From the NCBI GenBank assembly GCA_038887295.1, contig JAWAKW010000001.1, positions 11,967-75,966 of the forward strand: a stretch of 64,000 nucleotides of DNA, given 5' to 3'. This DNA comes from Candidatus Anstonellaceae archaeon (lineage in GTDB: Archaea; Micrarchaeota; Micrarchaeia; Anstonellales; Anstonellaceae). Positions within the stretch are counted from its first letter, which is position 1; every line of letters begins with the position of its first letter. The position numbers and the translations under genes were made by a program. Of this stretch, positions 18,157 to 26,849 are shown in pieces. The notes beneath the pieces are model-generated. The model was not told the DNA's origin, searched no databases, and saw only the letters and a list, made by a program, of their open reading frames with translations.

Positions 18157-18263
18157 TTTTGAAAATTCCACGAACCTAATAGCAGCGTAATAAATAAAAT
18201 AAAGCATTCCTCTCTCGGAAAGAAAACACATATATAAGCCTTGTTGCAATAGCAATATCCCGT

Positions 18264-19871
18264 ATGCGGCTCAAAAGCAGAAGGTACGTCGTGGTTTTAG
18301 GCTCGCTTATGTCCGGGCTTGGGAAAGGCATCCTTACTGCTTCTATTGCAAAAATACTCCAATCAAAGGGGCTTAAGGTGTCACCCATCAAATTTGACGG
18401 GTATCTGAACGTGGATTGCGGCACCATGAACCCTTTCCGGCACGGCGAGGTATTTGTGCTGGACGATGGGACAGAGTGCGACATGGATTTTGGCACCTAT
18501 GAGCGCTTCTTGAACATCAGCCTTTCTGCAGCAAACAGCATCACAGGGGGGAAGTTGTTCAGGAATATAATTGAGAAAGAAAGGCGCGGTGGCTTTCTTG
18601 GAAAGGACGTACAAATTGTGCCGCATTTGACTGACGAGATAAAAAGTTGGGTGAGGAAAACCGGTGAAGAGCAGGATGCAGACGTAGTTATTATTGAGGT
18701 TGGAGGCACTGTAGGGGATTTGGAAAATGGCTACTTTTTGGAAGCCATGAGGCAACTTGCAGGTGAAGAAAAGGTGCTTTTTGTGCAGCTTACTTTTGTG
18801 CCTTCCTTGTCTGAAGGTGAGCAGAAAACTAAGCCTACGCAACATGCAAATCGTCTCATTCAGTCCATGGGAATCCATCCCAAGATAATTGTTTGCCGGG
18901 AAGATGAGCCGCTTGGGAGAGAAGCAAGAGAGAAAATTTCCATGTTTTGCAATGTACCGCAGAACAATGTATTTGACGACCCTGACCTTGAGACGATTTA
19001 TGAGCTTCCGTTAATTTTGGACAAGCAAAAGATGACCGACTTGCTACTTGCTGAGCTTGAAATTGATGAAAAAAAGGATGATATGAAAGAATGGAAGGCG
19101 CTTGTGGAGAGGATAAAGAATCCGAAATCGCAAATAACAGTAGCGATAACCGGAAAGTACACTGCAGTCAAAGACGCATACGTTTCGATCAAAGAGGCTC
19201 TGGTTCATGCGGGCGCTGCCAATTCTGCAAAAGTGAATGTAAAATGGGTGGAGACTTCTGAAATAGAAGAGGGCAAGACACGCCCTGAGGAAATTCTTGC
19301 AAACTGCGACGGAATAATTGTCCCTGGGGGTTACGGAAGCAGAGGTACTGAGGGGAAAATTTCATGCATAAAGTATGCAAGGGAGAACGGCCTGCCATTT
19401 CTCGGGCTTTGTTTTGGGTTGCAGATGGCAGTGATTGAGTGGGCAAGAAATGTTGCTGGACTGAAGGGGGCAAATAGTACGGAAATCGAAGAAAAAACAC
19501 CTCATCCCGTGATTGATTTTCTTCCTCAGCAGCGCGGAGTCAAAGAGAAGGGGGCAACGCAGAGGCTGGGAGCATGGCCTTGCAAGCTCAAAAAAGGGAC
19601 CAAGGCATATGCTGCATATGGGCAGGAGCTTATTTATGAGCGGCACCGGCACAGATACGAAGTAAACAACGAATACCGCCAAAGGCTGGAGGAGTCCGGC
19701 CTGATAATTTCTGGCACTTCGCCTGACGAAAGCATTGTGGAGATGGTGGAGTGGCCGAATGGGTTTGGCATTGGGACGCAGGCGCACCCTGAATTGAAAA
19801 GCCGGCTCGAGCAGCCTGCTCCGCTTTTTGTCGCCTTTGTGAAAGCTTGCATTGAAAAAAAGCAGCGCTAA
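18264..19871 (+). CDS. pyrG: CTP synthase
   Basis: An N-terminal synthetase domain and a C-terminal class-I glutamine amidotransferase domain (GLCFGLQ, HPE) are present. Confidence 0.95.
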   Translation: MRLKSRRYVVVLGSLMSGLGKGILTASIAKILQSKGLKVSPIKFDGYLNVDCGTMNPFRHGEVFVLDDGTECDMDFGTYERFLNISLSAANSITGGKLFRNIIEKERRGGFLGKDVQIVPHLTDEIKSWVRKTGEEQDADVVIIEVGGTVGDLENGYFLEAMRQLAGEEKVLFVQLTFVPSLSEGEQKTKPTQHANRLIQSMGIHPKIIVCREDEPLGREAREKISMFCNVPQNNVFDDPDLETIYELPLILDKQKMTDLLLAELEIDEKKDDMKEWKALVERIKNPKSQITVAITGKYTAVKDAYVSIKEALVHAGAANSAKVNVKWVETSEIEEGKTRPEEILANCDGIIVPGGYGSRGTEGKISCIKYARENGLPFLGLCFGLQMAVIEWARNVAGLKGANSTEIEEKTPHPVIDFLPQQRGVKEKGATQRLGAWPCKLKKGTKAYAAYGQELIYERHRHRYEVNNEYRQRLEESGLIISGTSPDESIVEMVEWPNGFGIGTQAHPELKSRLEQPAPLFVAFVKACIEKKQR

Positions 19872-20687
19872 CTACTCCCACTTAAGCTCAAACGGCGCCT
19901 GCACAAGGCGGACTGAAAAATTCTCTGAAAAAATAAGAAGAGTAATGCGCTTTTCTACGTCTATGTGATAAAGGATTGGCGGGTTTTCTTCAATTTCTAT
20001 TTTGATTATGAAGGCTCGCCTTCCGGCAGTTGAATTTGCCATCACGGCATTAAATTTTACTGGCACCTCAGTCCTTATGCTTCCTGAGGAAATTACAAGT
20101 GCAGTTTTCCAGCTGAAGCTTTCCGATGCTGCAAGCATCCATGGTGAAAAAAAGAAAATGCCTCCGTCATTCAAGCTTTCCTGCGAGTCTACAAAGGTGC
20201 CGTTTGGGAGAATGCAAAAGCTTGAGCTTGACTGCTGGCTAACCTCTTGAACCACCACGCCCTGGCATGAGCTTTGCTTGGAAACATGGTAGGCTATTGT
20301 AGTTTTTTGCATGCCATCAGAAATTTCATAGACGTATTGTTCCCCAGGGTAGAGACTGAGGTTGGCATTTGGCAAAAGCGGCTCCTGGACAAAATCAAAT
20401 TTGAGGGGAGGGGAAGTAAGGAAGATGAACAAGATAAACAAAAGAAAAAGCAAGACTGAAAGATAAAACACAACAGATGTCTGCTTGTCAAGAAAGGGCA
20501 AACTGGGAATGCGCCCGTAAGCGCTGCGCACTTTTTCCACTAGCCCATGGGAGGCTGGGGCGCTTTTTGCTTTTGAGCGATAATCGCTTGAGATTTGCTG
20601 CCATTCCTTAGAGGTGGCAGAACGCCACATTAAATAGACAAGGACTGCAAGCACCAGCCAAGAGCCAGCAATAATTGCATCTTCCAC
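19872..20687 (-). CDS. Hypothetical membrane-anchored protein
   Basis: Two N-terminal hydrophobic segments are followed by a Ser/Gln-containing soluble domain. No motif was recognised. Confidence 0.45.
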   Translation of the reverse strand: MEDAIIAGSWLVLAVLVYLMWRSATSKEWQQISSDYRSKAKSAPASHGLVEKVRSAYGRIPSLPFLDKQTSVVFYLSVLLFLLFILFIFLTSPPLKFDFVQEPLLPNANLSLYPGEQYVYEISDGMQKTTIAYHVSKQSSCQGVVVQEVSQQSSSSFCILPNGTFVDSQESLNDGGIFFFSPWMLAASESFSWKTALVISSGSIRTEVPVKFNAVMANSTAGRRAFIIKIEIEENPPILYHIDVEKRITLLIFSENFSVRLVQAPFELKWE

Positions 20688-20738
20688 CTGCCTATAAAGC
20701 AGTTGAAAGATTAAATAACCTCCTGATAAAAGCTTTTC

Positions 20739-21722
20739 ATGAAATTTTCAGAATATGCTCCTTGCAAGCTCATACTTTTTGGCGAGCATTATGTAGTTTA
20801 TGGGGCGCCTGCGCTGTCCATCCCTATTGAACCAAAAAACCGGGTGGAATTTGCTACGCAAAAGAAAGAGGGCATAGCGCTGGAATCCAAGCTGGGGAGA
20901 GGTTGGATAAGCACAGATGGGCGATATAGCGGTGCGCCTGCTTTATCGCTTTATGCTGAGGTGGCAAGAGCAGTTTGCCCAAAGGGGGATTTTCCGTCCT
21001 GCACCGCGAAATTTCTGCCTGCAACAGAGCTGAAAGGAGTTGGAATCAGCTCTTCGCTTTGTGCTGCATTTGCAAAGGGGCTTTTTGCCCTAAAAAAAGA
21101 GAAGACAAGCAAAAGGAGGCTTTTTGAGGCAGTGCAGGCAGGCGACAATGTTGCACATCAGGGCAGAGCCTCTGGGATAGATGCAAAAACGGTAGTGGAG
21201 GCAGCCCCGCTTCTTTTCCGCAAGGACGCAAGCGGGAAGCTAATCTGTAGGAAGGCCGGCTTTAGGCTGCCCAGTTCTGCTGCCTTCATTTTGATAGACA
21301 CTTTTGAAGGGAAAAGAAGCAGCACGGCGGAGATGATAACGCGGTTTGCTTCATCTTTTGGAATTTCAAAACCTCCGCAGATGCTGACAGATACGGAGAG
21401 ATCCGAAATTCTTGGAGAGTATTTGGCGCTTTGGAAAAAGGCAAGGCTGGCACTTGCAAAAGGCGATGCAGACCGGATAGGAAAGCTTATGGTTCAAAAT
21501 CAAGCCTTACTTGAAAAAAGTGGGGTGAGTTCTGATGGAATTCAAAGGGCGGTTTCTGCTGCACTTAAAGCAGGAGCATTGGGTGCAAAATTAAGCGGAG
21601 CGGGTGGTGAAGGGGGAGTAGTGGTGGCGCTTGTCAAAAAGGCAAAAAAGGCAAAAATTGCCCAGCAAATAACCCGGACGACCGGCTTTAGATGCTTTGC
21701 CGCAAAACCTTTTTCTGGATAA
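20739..21722 (+). CDS. mvk: Mevalonate kinase (GHMP kinase family)
   Basis: The N-terminal CKLILFGEHYVVYG and the GHMP motifs GISSS and SGAGGEGG are present. Confidence 0.8.
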   Translation: MKFSEYAPCKLILFGEHYVVYGAPALSIPIEPKNRVEFATQKKEGIALESKLGRGWISTDGRYSGAPALSLYAEVARAVCPKGDFPSCTAKFLPATELKGVGISSSLCAAFAKGLFALKKEKTSKRRLFEAVQAGDNVAHQGRASGIDAKTVVEAAPLLFRKDASGKLICRKAGFRLPSSAAFILIDTFEGKRSSTAEMITRFASSFGISKPPQMLTDTERSEILGEYLALWKKARLALAKGDADRIGKLMVQNQALLEKSGVSSDGIQRAVSAALKAGALGAKLSGAGGEGGVVVALVKKAKKAKIAQQITRTTGFRCFAAKPFSG

Positions 21723-21749
21723 AGAGTAGAAAGTAATATTAGGGTATGT

Positions 21750-23243
21750 GTGTATAAAAGAGAGTATATATGGAAAGTATATAAAGGGAGGCCTTCACGG
21801 GTGATTTTTCTGCAAAAAGCTGCAGCCAATCCAGAGATTGTAGTTCGCCATATGGTAGAAGCGGTTCGCTTGCCTAAAATGGAATGGAAAGCCAACAAAA
21901 TTGCTCCTTTGCTTGACCAGCAATGGTATGAGGGAGTATTCAAAAAGACCCTCAATGTGCGTTATACTCCGCTTTTGCTTGGACTAATAAAGCTTTTCAA
22001 CCACCCTATAAATAACTTTATCTTGCCTTACCAGAAGATAAAAAGTGCAGACGTGGAATTACTTGACAGAACCATTAACATGCTGCTTTTGAGCTATCAG
22101 GGCAAAAAAAGGAAAAGTGGAAACGATGCGGTAAACCATCCTCTGCTTTGTACCTTGCTTGCTTCTGCAATTGGCTTGCCTCAGCATGCGATCAGGAAAT
22201 GCGCAAGGCACGACATTGCGGAGGACGTAGATAGCTCAGATGGGATAACTTACACATATTTTGATGCACGGTCTGGGGCGACTGTAAAAACCAAGAATCC
22301 AGAGGAAATCTTTGCTCATGTTCAGCAGCTGGAAGGGAAGGATGCTGAAAAGCATCTTCGGTTGATGACACGCTTGCCACAGCAGAGAAATTTTGAGGAT
22401 GAGTTTGCACTCAAATGGGGCTATGCAAGGTACTTGGTCCCAATCTATACAGATATTTGGGCTGCATTTGCAAAAGGGATTGATGCTGTTGCCAACCTTT
22501 GGGAAATAGAGCCTATTGAAGATAAAGAACTGAAAGAAAAGCTTGCAGGAAAGAGCAGAATAAAAGTTTCCCTTCAGATTCCGAGGTGGCAAAAAATATC
22601 ATGGCTGATGGCAGAGATAATGACTATTGAGCTTGGGTATCATTTCCCTGAAGAAGCATTTAGGATGAGGCTTCAGAAGAAGATAGAGGTGGAGAAGTTT
22701 AGGCAGGGGTATGCGTGGGTTGGGATGGAAAGAGTATTTTCTTTGCCTGTTCTGAAAAAAACCGGGTTGGCAGGCAGTCCAATAATAGCAATTTATGGGG
22801 GCCGCCAGCACTTTGAAGCAGAATTCCCATACCTCGATCCACTGCTTTCAGCAACTATATTGCAGGAAGTGTTAGGCAAAAAAGTATCCAATATTCAGCT
22901 TTCTGAAAGTTTGCTCCCATATAACCTTAGAAATGCTACGATACTTTCATTTGAAACCGATGAAAAGGTTTTGAAAGCAAGACTGGTTCATCTGGTTGAG
23001 GCATATGATGTTTTGATTAGGGAGAATGTCTTTGCCGGCTTTGACAGAAGAGGTATTGCAGATGCGGCAGAAGCAGAGATTAGCCTAGGAGTGAAAGATA
23101 CTCCTCCTCAAGGAAATGAAGGCGGCCTGGAATTGCCAAAATACAGGGAAGTTGCGATGAGGAAAGCTTGGTCAACTCAGTCAAAGCAAGATAGGAGACG
23201 CGGCTTTGACTCCATCCCACCCCTTCAAGCAGAACTACTTTAG
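21750..23243 (+). CDS. HD-domain (RelA/SpoT-hydrolase-like) protein with a large C-terminal domain of unknown function
   Basis: The motif NHPLLCTLLASAIGLPQHAIRKCARHDIAEDV resembles the H...HD motif of SpoT-type HD hydrolases. The remaining roughly 330 aa are unrecognised. The 3' end overlaps the convergent dph5 by about 160 nt. Confidence 0.5.
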   Translation: MYKREYIWKVYKGRPSRVIFLQKAAANPEIVVRHMVEAVRLPKMEWKANKIAPLLDQQWYEGVFKKTLNVRYTPLLLGLIKLFNHPINNFILPYQKIKSADVELLDRTINMLLLSYQGKKRKSGNDAVNHPLLCTLLASAIGLPQHAIRKCARHDIAEDVDSSDGITYTYFDARSGATVKTKNPEEIFAHVQQLEGKDAEKHLRLMTRLPQQRNFEDEFALKWGYARYLVPIYTDIWAAFAKGIDAVANLWEIEPIEDKELKEKLAGKSRIKVSLQIPRWQKISWLMAEIMTIELGYHFPEEAFRMRLQKKIEVEKFRQGYAWVGMERVFSLPVLKKTGLAGSPIIAIYGGRQHFEAEFPYLDPLLSATILQEVLGKKVSNIQLSESLLPYNLRNATILSFETDEKVLKARLVHLVEAYDVLIRENVFAGFDRRGIADAAEAEISLGVKDTPPQGNEGGLELPKYREVAMRKAWSTQSKQDRRRGFDSIPPLQAELL

Positions 23244-23841
23244 TTGAGCCTGAAAGGATTTTTGCTTTTCCTTTCTTTTCCATTTCGAGAAGGATTTCCG
23301 CTGCCTCGGATGGTTTCATTGGGCCTAATTTTTCATCTATATCCAAAAAAAGCAAGGTGTGCAGCCCGCGCTTGAGATTTTCTCTGATTGCTTCATATGC
23401 TGCCATAGGCTTGTAATTTTCCCTCCAAAAGGTAAGGGTTGCCGGCTTGCCGAACTTGTAAACCTGAAGCCCAGATTCTCCGATTGCGCAGGAAAGAATG
23501 GAAGAAGCATGCACTACTTTGGTGGAAATGCCTGCTTTTTTTGCTGAAATAAGAAGTGAAATGTGTGTGGTTGCAATCAGAGGGTCCCCAGGTACTATGA
23601 GCGCTACTTTGCCTTCTGCCGCCGCGCGCAATATCTCCTTTTCGCTTTCCACCTCTTCCCTTTTGAGGAGCTGGACTTTCTTTCTGACCGTTTTTTCCAG
23701 CCTGCCTAAAGTTCCTGGAGGAAGCAGGCTTGTATAGCTTTCTGCAAAAATTGCATCGCAAGATGAAAGTTCTTCCAATCCTGCAACAGATATCCCCTTT
23801 TCGTCTGATATGCCCAAGCCCACCAAAACAAGCATTCCCAT
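23080..23841 (-). CDS. dph5: Diphthine synthase (Dph5)
   Basis: It is a tetrapyrrole-methylase-fold MTase with the N-terminal MLVLVGLGISDEKGISV...AESYTS signature. The start was set at the internal Met. Confidence 0.85.
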   Translation of the reverse strand: MGMLVLVGLGISDEKGISVAGLEELSSCDAIFAESYTSLLPPGTLGRLEKTVRKKVQLLKREEVESEKEILRAAAEGKVALIVPGDPLIATTHISLLISAKKAGISTKVVHASSILSCAIGESGLQVYKFGKPATLTFWRENYKPMAAYEAIRENLKRGLHTLLFLDIDEKLGPMKPSEAAEILLEMEKKGKAKILSGSTKVVLLEGVGWSQSRVSYLALTELTKLSSSQLPCILAIPGRLHFLEEEYLSLLG

Positions 23842-23850
23842 GAAAAAATA

Positions 23851-25056
23851 ATGGGCAGCTTTCTTATAAATAGGATTCCCAATAATTGCGTGGCAAGGCT
23901 TTGTGAGAGGTGCAAAAAGGTAAGGCGGGTTTGGTGCCCTCATGATTTTGCAGAAAGGATAAAGGCAGCCCTTGCAGGAAAAATAAAGCAGGAGATGTTT
24001 GGCCCTTCACCCCCAAACATTCTTGTTGGACATTCGCACTATCCGAATGTTTATTGGGGCCCACTGGTTTTTGCAGATAGTTCTTCTTTGCTCAAAGATG
24101 ACCCAAAGGAAATGTACGGTATGAGTCTTGAGCAGATATTGAGGGTGCGAAGCGGCATGGTTCGCGGGATAAAAAGGGGGGATGTGAAGGCTTCTGGAAG
24201 AATGCTTCAGGAGGCGCAGGAAGCTATAATGAGCATAATCGCGGTTGATGTAGAGGCAAGGTTCTCAAAGGTACCCTCCTTCAGCCTTGAATTAGACGAG
24301 GTGCTTCACCCTGTTGGGGCTTCTGCGCCGATTGAAAAATTCAGGATTGCGGAAAACCCCGAAATCCCAAGGAAAGTGGATGAGGTAATAGAGGAGAAAA
24401 TGAAGGCTGAGGAAGCGTTGGTGGAGCTTTTGCTTGCAGGCTTTGATGTGCATTATCTTTCCAAGCTGCTTTCGGCAGGCATTTTGGGGCAGGAAGGAAA
24501 AAAGAAGATGGTCCCCACCAAATGGGCGATAACTGCTGCTGATGACATTGCAGCAAAAAGGTTCATAAGCTCTGTGAGGGATTGCCCCATAATTGAGGAG
24601 ATATGCGTCTTTTCAAATACCTATCTTGACAATCATTTTGAAATCCTGCTTCTGCCAGGTAGATGGGAATATGAGCAGTTTGAAGTACACCTTGAAAATC
24701 CGGAAAAAATTGCTTGGGAGCACGAGCCTTTTTGGGGAAGGAAAAGCTACGCTGAAAGCGAAGGTGGAGGGTATTATGCTGCAAGGTTTGCGGTTGCAGA
24801 GGCGCTCTACAAGCTTAGGCTTCAGGCACAAGTGGTGGTGTTCCGTGAAATTGGGAAGGAGTACAGCGTGCCTGTAGGGGTGTGGGAGGTGCGCGAAAAT
24901 GTACGCGCTGCCTTAAGGAAACCTCCGAAAAAATTCGAAAGCGTCCCTGATGCTTTGCAGCATTTGGCATCTGCCCTTAAAGTGCCAATCTCCAAATACC
25001 TCAAAAAAAGCCTCGTAATTGGGCAGACTCGGTTGAGCAAGTGGGTTGGGTTTTAA
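23851..25056 (+). CDS. NreA-like protein (COG1602, Nre_N/Nre_C DNA-repair-associated family)
   Basis: An N-terminal C..LCERC.......CP zinc motif is followed by a PPNILVGHSHYPNVYWGPLV block. These resemble Nre family signatures recalled from memory. Confidence 0.5.
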   Translation: MGSFLINRIPNNCVARLCERCKKVRRVWCPHDFAERIKAALAGKIKQEMFGPSPPNILVGHSHYPNVYWGPLVFADSSSLLKDDPKEMYGMSLEQILRVRSGMVRGIKRGDVKASGRMLQEAQEAIMSIIAVDVEARFSKVPSFSLELDEVLHPVGASAPIEKFRIAENPEIPRKVDEVIEEKMKAEEALVELLLAGFDVHYLSKLLSAGILGQEGKKKMVPTKWAITAADDIAAKRFISSVRDCPIIEEICVFSNTYLDNHFEILLLPGRWEYEQFEVHLENPEKIAWEHEPFWGRKSYAESEGGGYYAARFAVAEALYKLRLQAQVVVFREIGKEYSVPVGVWEVRENVRAALRKPPKKFESVPDALQHLASALKVPISKYLKKSLVIGQTRLSKWVGF

Positions 25057-25294
25057 GCATTTGCCAAAAAAAATATGCATGCATCAGCTGATAAAGGAGA
25101 TCCTTCAAACTGTCAAAAGTGCAGCAGGGCAGCGCAAGGTGATCTTTTTGCGCCTTGCTGTTGGAAGCAAAATAAGCCTTCCTAAAGTGGTACTTGCCTC
25201 TCATTTGCACAAGGAGCTCCCATGGGCGACTATACAGATTGAAAAGTGCAGAAAGCAGGATTGCGTAATTGTAAGGGAAATCGAAGTTGAATGA
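25046..25294 (+). CDS. Hypothetical small protein (82 aa), uncertain
   Basis: The ORF overlaps the end of the nreA-like gene by 11 nt and precedes rnhB. No motif was recognised. Confidence 0.25.
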   Translation: MGFKHLPKKICMHQLIKEILQTVKSAAGQRKVIFLRLAVGSKISLPKVVLASHLHKELPWATIQIEKCRKQDCVIVREIEVE

Positions 25295-25328
25295 AACTTA
25301 TTTAATGATTTGATTTCTATTAAAAAAC

Positions 25329-25967
25329 ATGATAATTGGCGTAGATGAGGCTGGAAGGGGCTGCATAATTGGCCCGATGGTCATCTGCGCTGCTGCAATT
25401 AGACCTATAGATGAGTACAAGCTCAAAGACCTCAAAGTGAGGGACAGCAAAAAGCTTACCCCAAGCCAGCGCCACCGGCTTTATGGGAAAGTGGCAAAGC
25501 TTTGCAGGTATACTACCATCAAAATCAGCGCGCAGGAGATAAACCAGCTTATGGAGAAGCATACCTTAAATGAAATTGAGGCGATGAAAATAGCGCAGGC
25601 GATAGACCACCTTTCCATCCAAAACGCAACCGTGTATGTGGATTCGCCTGACAACGTCCCTTCCAAATTTGCAAAGAGAATCCAAAAATATCTCAAAACC
25701 CCGGTAAAAATAATTGCCGCAAACAAGGCAGATGACACCTATGTGATTGTTGCGGCTGCATCCATACTTGCCAAAGTTACACGAGACCGCGAGATTGAAA
25801 AGATAAAGGAAGAGGTCGGGGTGGACTTCAACTCTGGTTACACCTCAGACCCAAAAACCCAGGAAGTGGTTGCAAACCGCCAGCAATATCCTGCGCTTGA
25901 AAAATACCTGAGGAAAAAGTGGGCAACTTTGAGGCAAGAGGGGCAAAGGAAGCTTTTGGACTTCTGA
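25329..25967 (+). CDS. rnhB: Ribonuclease HII
   Basis: The sequence MIIGVDEAGRGCIIGPMVI and the DSK and D motifs of RNase HII are present. Confidence 0.9.
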   Translation: MIIGVDEAGRGCIIGPMVICAAAIRPIDEYKLKDLKVRDSKKLTPSQRHRLYGKVAKLCRYTTIKISAQEINQLMEKHTLNEIEAMKIAQAIDHLSIQNATVYVDSPDNVPSKFAKRIQKYLKTPVKIIAANKADDTYVIVAAASILAKVTRDREIEKIKEEVGVDFNSGYTSDPKTQEVVANRQQYPALEKYLRKKWATLRQEGQRKLLDF

Positions 25968-25969
25968 GG

Positions 25970-26143
25970 CTATTGCCTTATCACCACAAGCGGGATTACG
26001 CCTGCCTCAAGCTCGGCTTTTGCAACTTCTATGGAAGTCTGGCCTGGCTTTACTTCCACAAGAGGAGGAGCCCCGAAAGAAAGCTGGGTTGCCCTTGCGC
26101 CCAGAATTCTGGCAAGCTCGAATTTTGAAAGTGAAGCAACCAT
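25970..26143 (-). CDS. rpoK: DNA-directed RNA polymerase subunit K (Rpo6/omega-like)
   Basis: Hand translation gives MVASLSKFELARILGARATQLSFGAPPLVEVKPGQTSIEVAKAELEAGVIPLVVIRQ, 57 aa. The ELARILG.RA.QLS.GAP.LV signature matches Rpb6/RpoK. It is missed by the ORF track. Confidence 0.7.
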   Translation of the reverse strand: MVASLSKFELARILGARATQLSFGAPPLVEVKPGQTSIEVAKAELEAGVIPLVVIRQ

Positions 26144-26164
26144 AAAACCACCAAAGCACCTTAT

Positions 26165-26791
26165 CTATTCTGCAAAATCTTCATAAACCTTGTCATTGAA
26201 CGCGTAAAGCGGCTTGCCAGGCATGGCTGAGAACGCCTCCTTTTCTGATCTGAACTCCTTCAGCTCCTTTTCAGAATGGCTTGCAAGGAATGACTTCCCA
26301 TCAAATTCAAACACAACAAAAGAAGAGCGGTCATCCGTGACGACCACTTTTGCCTTTTCGCAACCGAGGCTGCGCAAAATTGAGCAAAGTAGGATTGATT
26401 TGTCTATTTCATCCCCTGCAAGAAGGGAATGCATTTCTTGGAAGGAAAGCCAAAATGAGACAGGAGGAGAGATGGTTTGGAAAGAGCGCACATAGGAAAA
26501 TGCCATCTGCGCAGCCTCAAGGAAGTGCTCTGAAAAGATGTAGGGGTGGAAATTGGAGGTGATGGTTTCTTTTATCTCCTCAATTTTTTTGTCATAAGGT
26601 GCAACCATAGTCTTAAGCTCAGAGACAGTCTTTGTTTCATATGATTCTATTTGCTCGCGGTAGCGGTCTATTATGATTTTGTAAAGCTTCAGTTTAAGCT
26701 GCTGGTCCTCCTGCGCTGTGGGCGGCTCAGGCTGGCTGGTGTGAACCTCGTCCTTTGGTTTTTTCATAAAAGGCAGGTCTAGAATCGGTGC
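26165..26791 (-). CDS. Hypothetical protein, first gene of a low-GC minus-strand cassette
   Basis: The ORF is about 208 aa from the internal Met MAPILDL. No motif was recognised. It lies downstream of the secreted-protein gene. Confidence 0.45.
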   Translation of the reverse strand, partial: APILDLPFMKKPKDEVHTSQPEPPTAQEDQQLKLKLYKIIIDRYREQIESYETKTVSELKTMVAPYDKKIEEIKETITSNFHPYIFSEHFLEAAQMAFSYVRSFQTISPPVSFWLSFQEMHSLLAGDEIDKSILLCSILRSLGCEKAKVVVTDDRSSFVVFEFDGKSFLASHSEKELKEFRSEKEAFSAMPGKPLYAFNDKVYEDFAE

Positions 26792-26849
26792 CATGATAGG
26801 ATTTGAGGGGCGCCGTATTAAATATTTGTGGTTGGTGGTGGAGTGTGAA

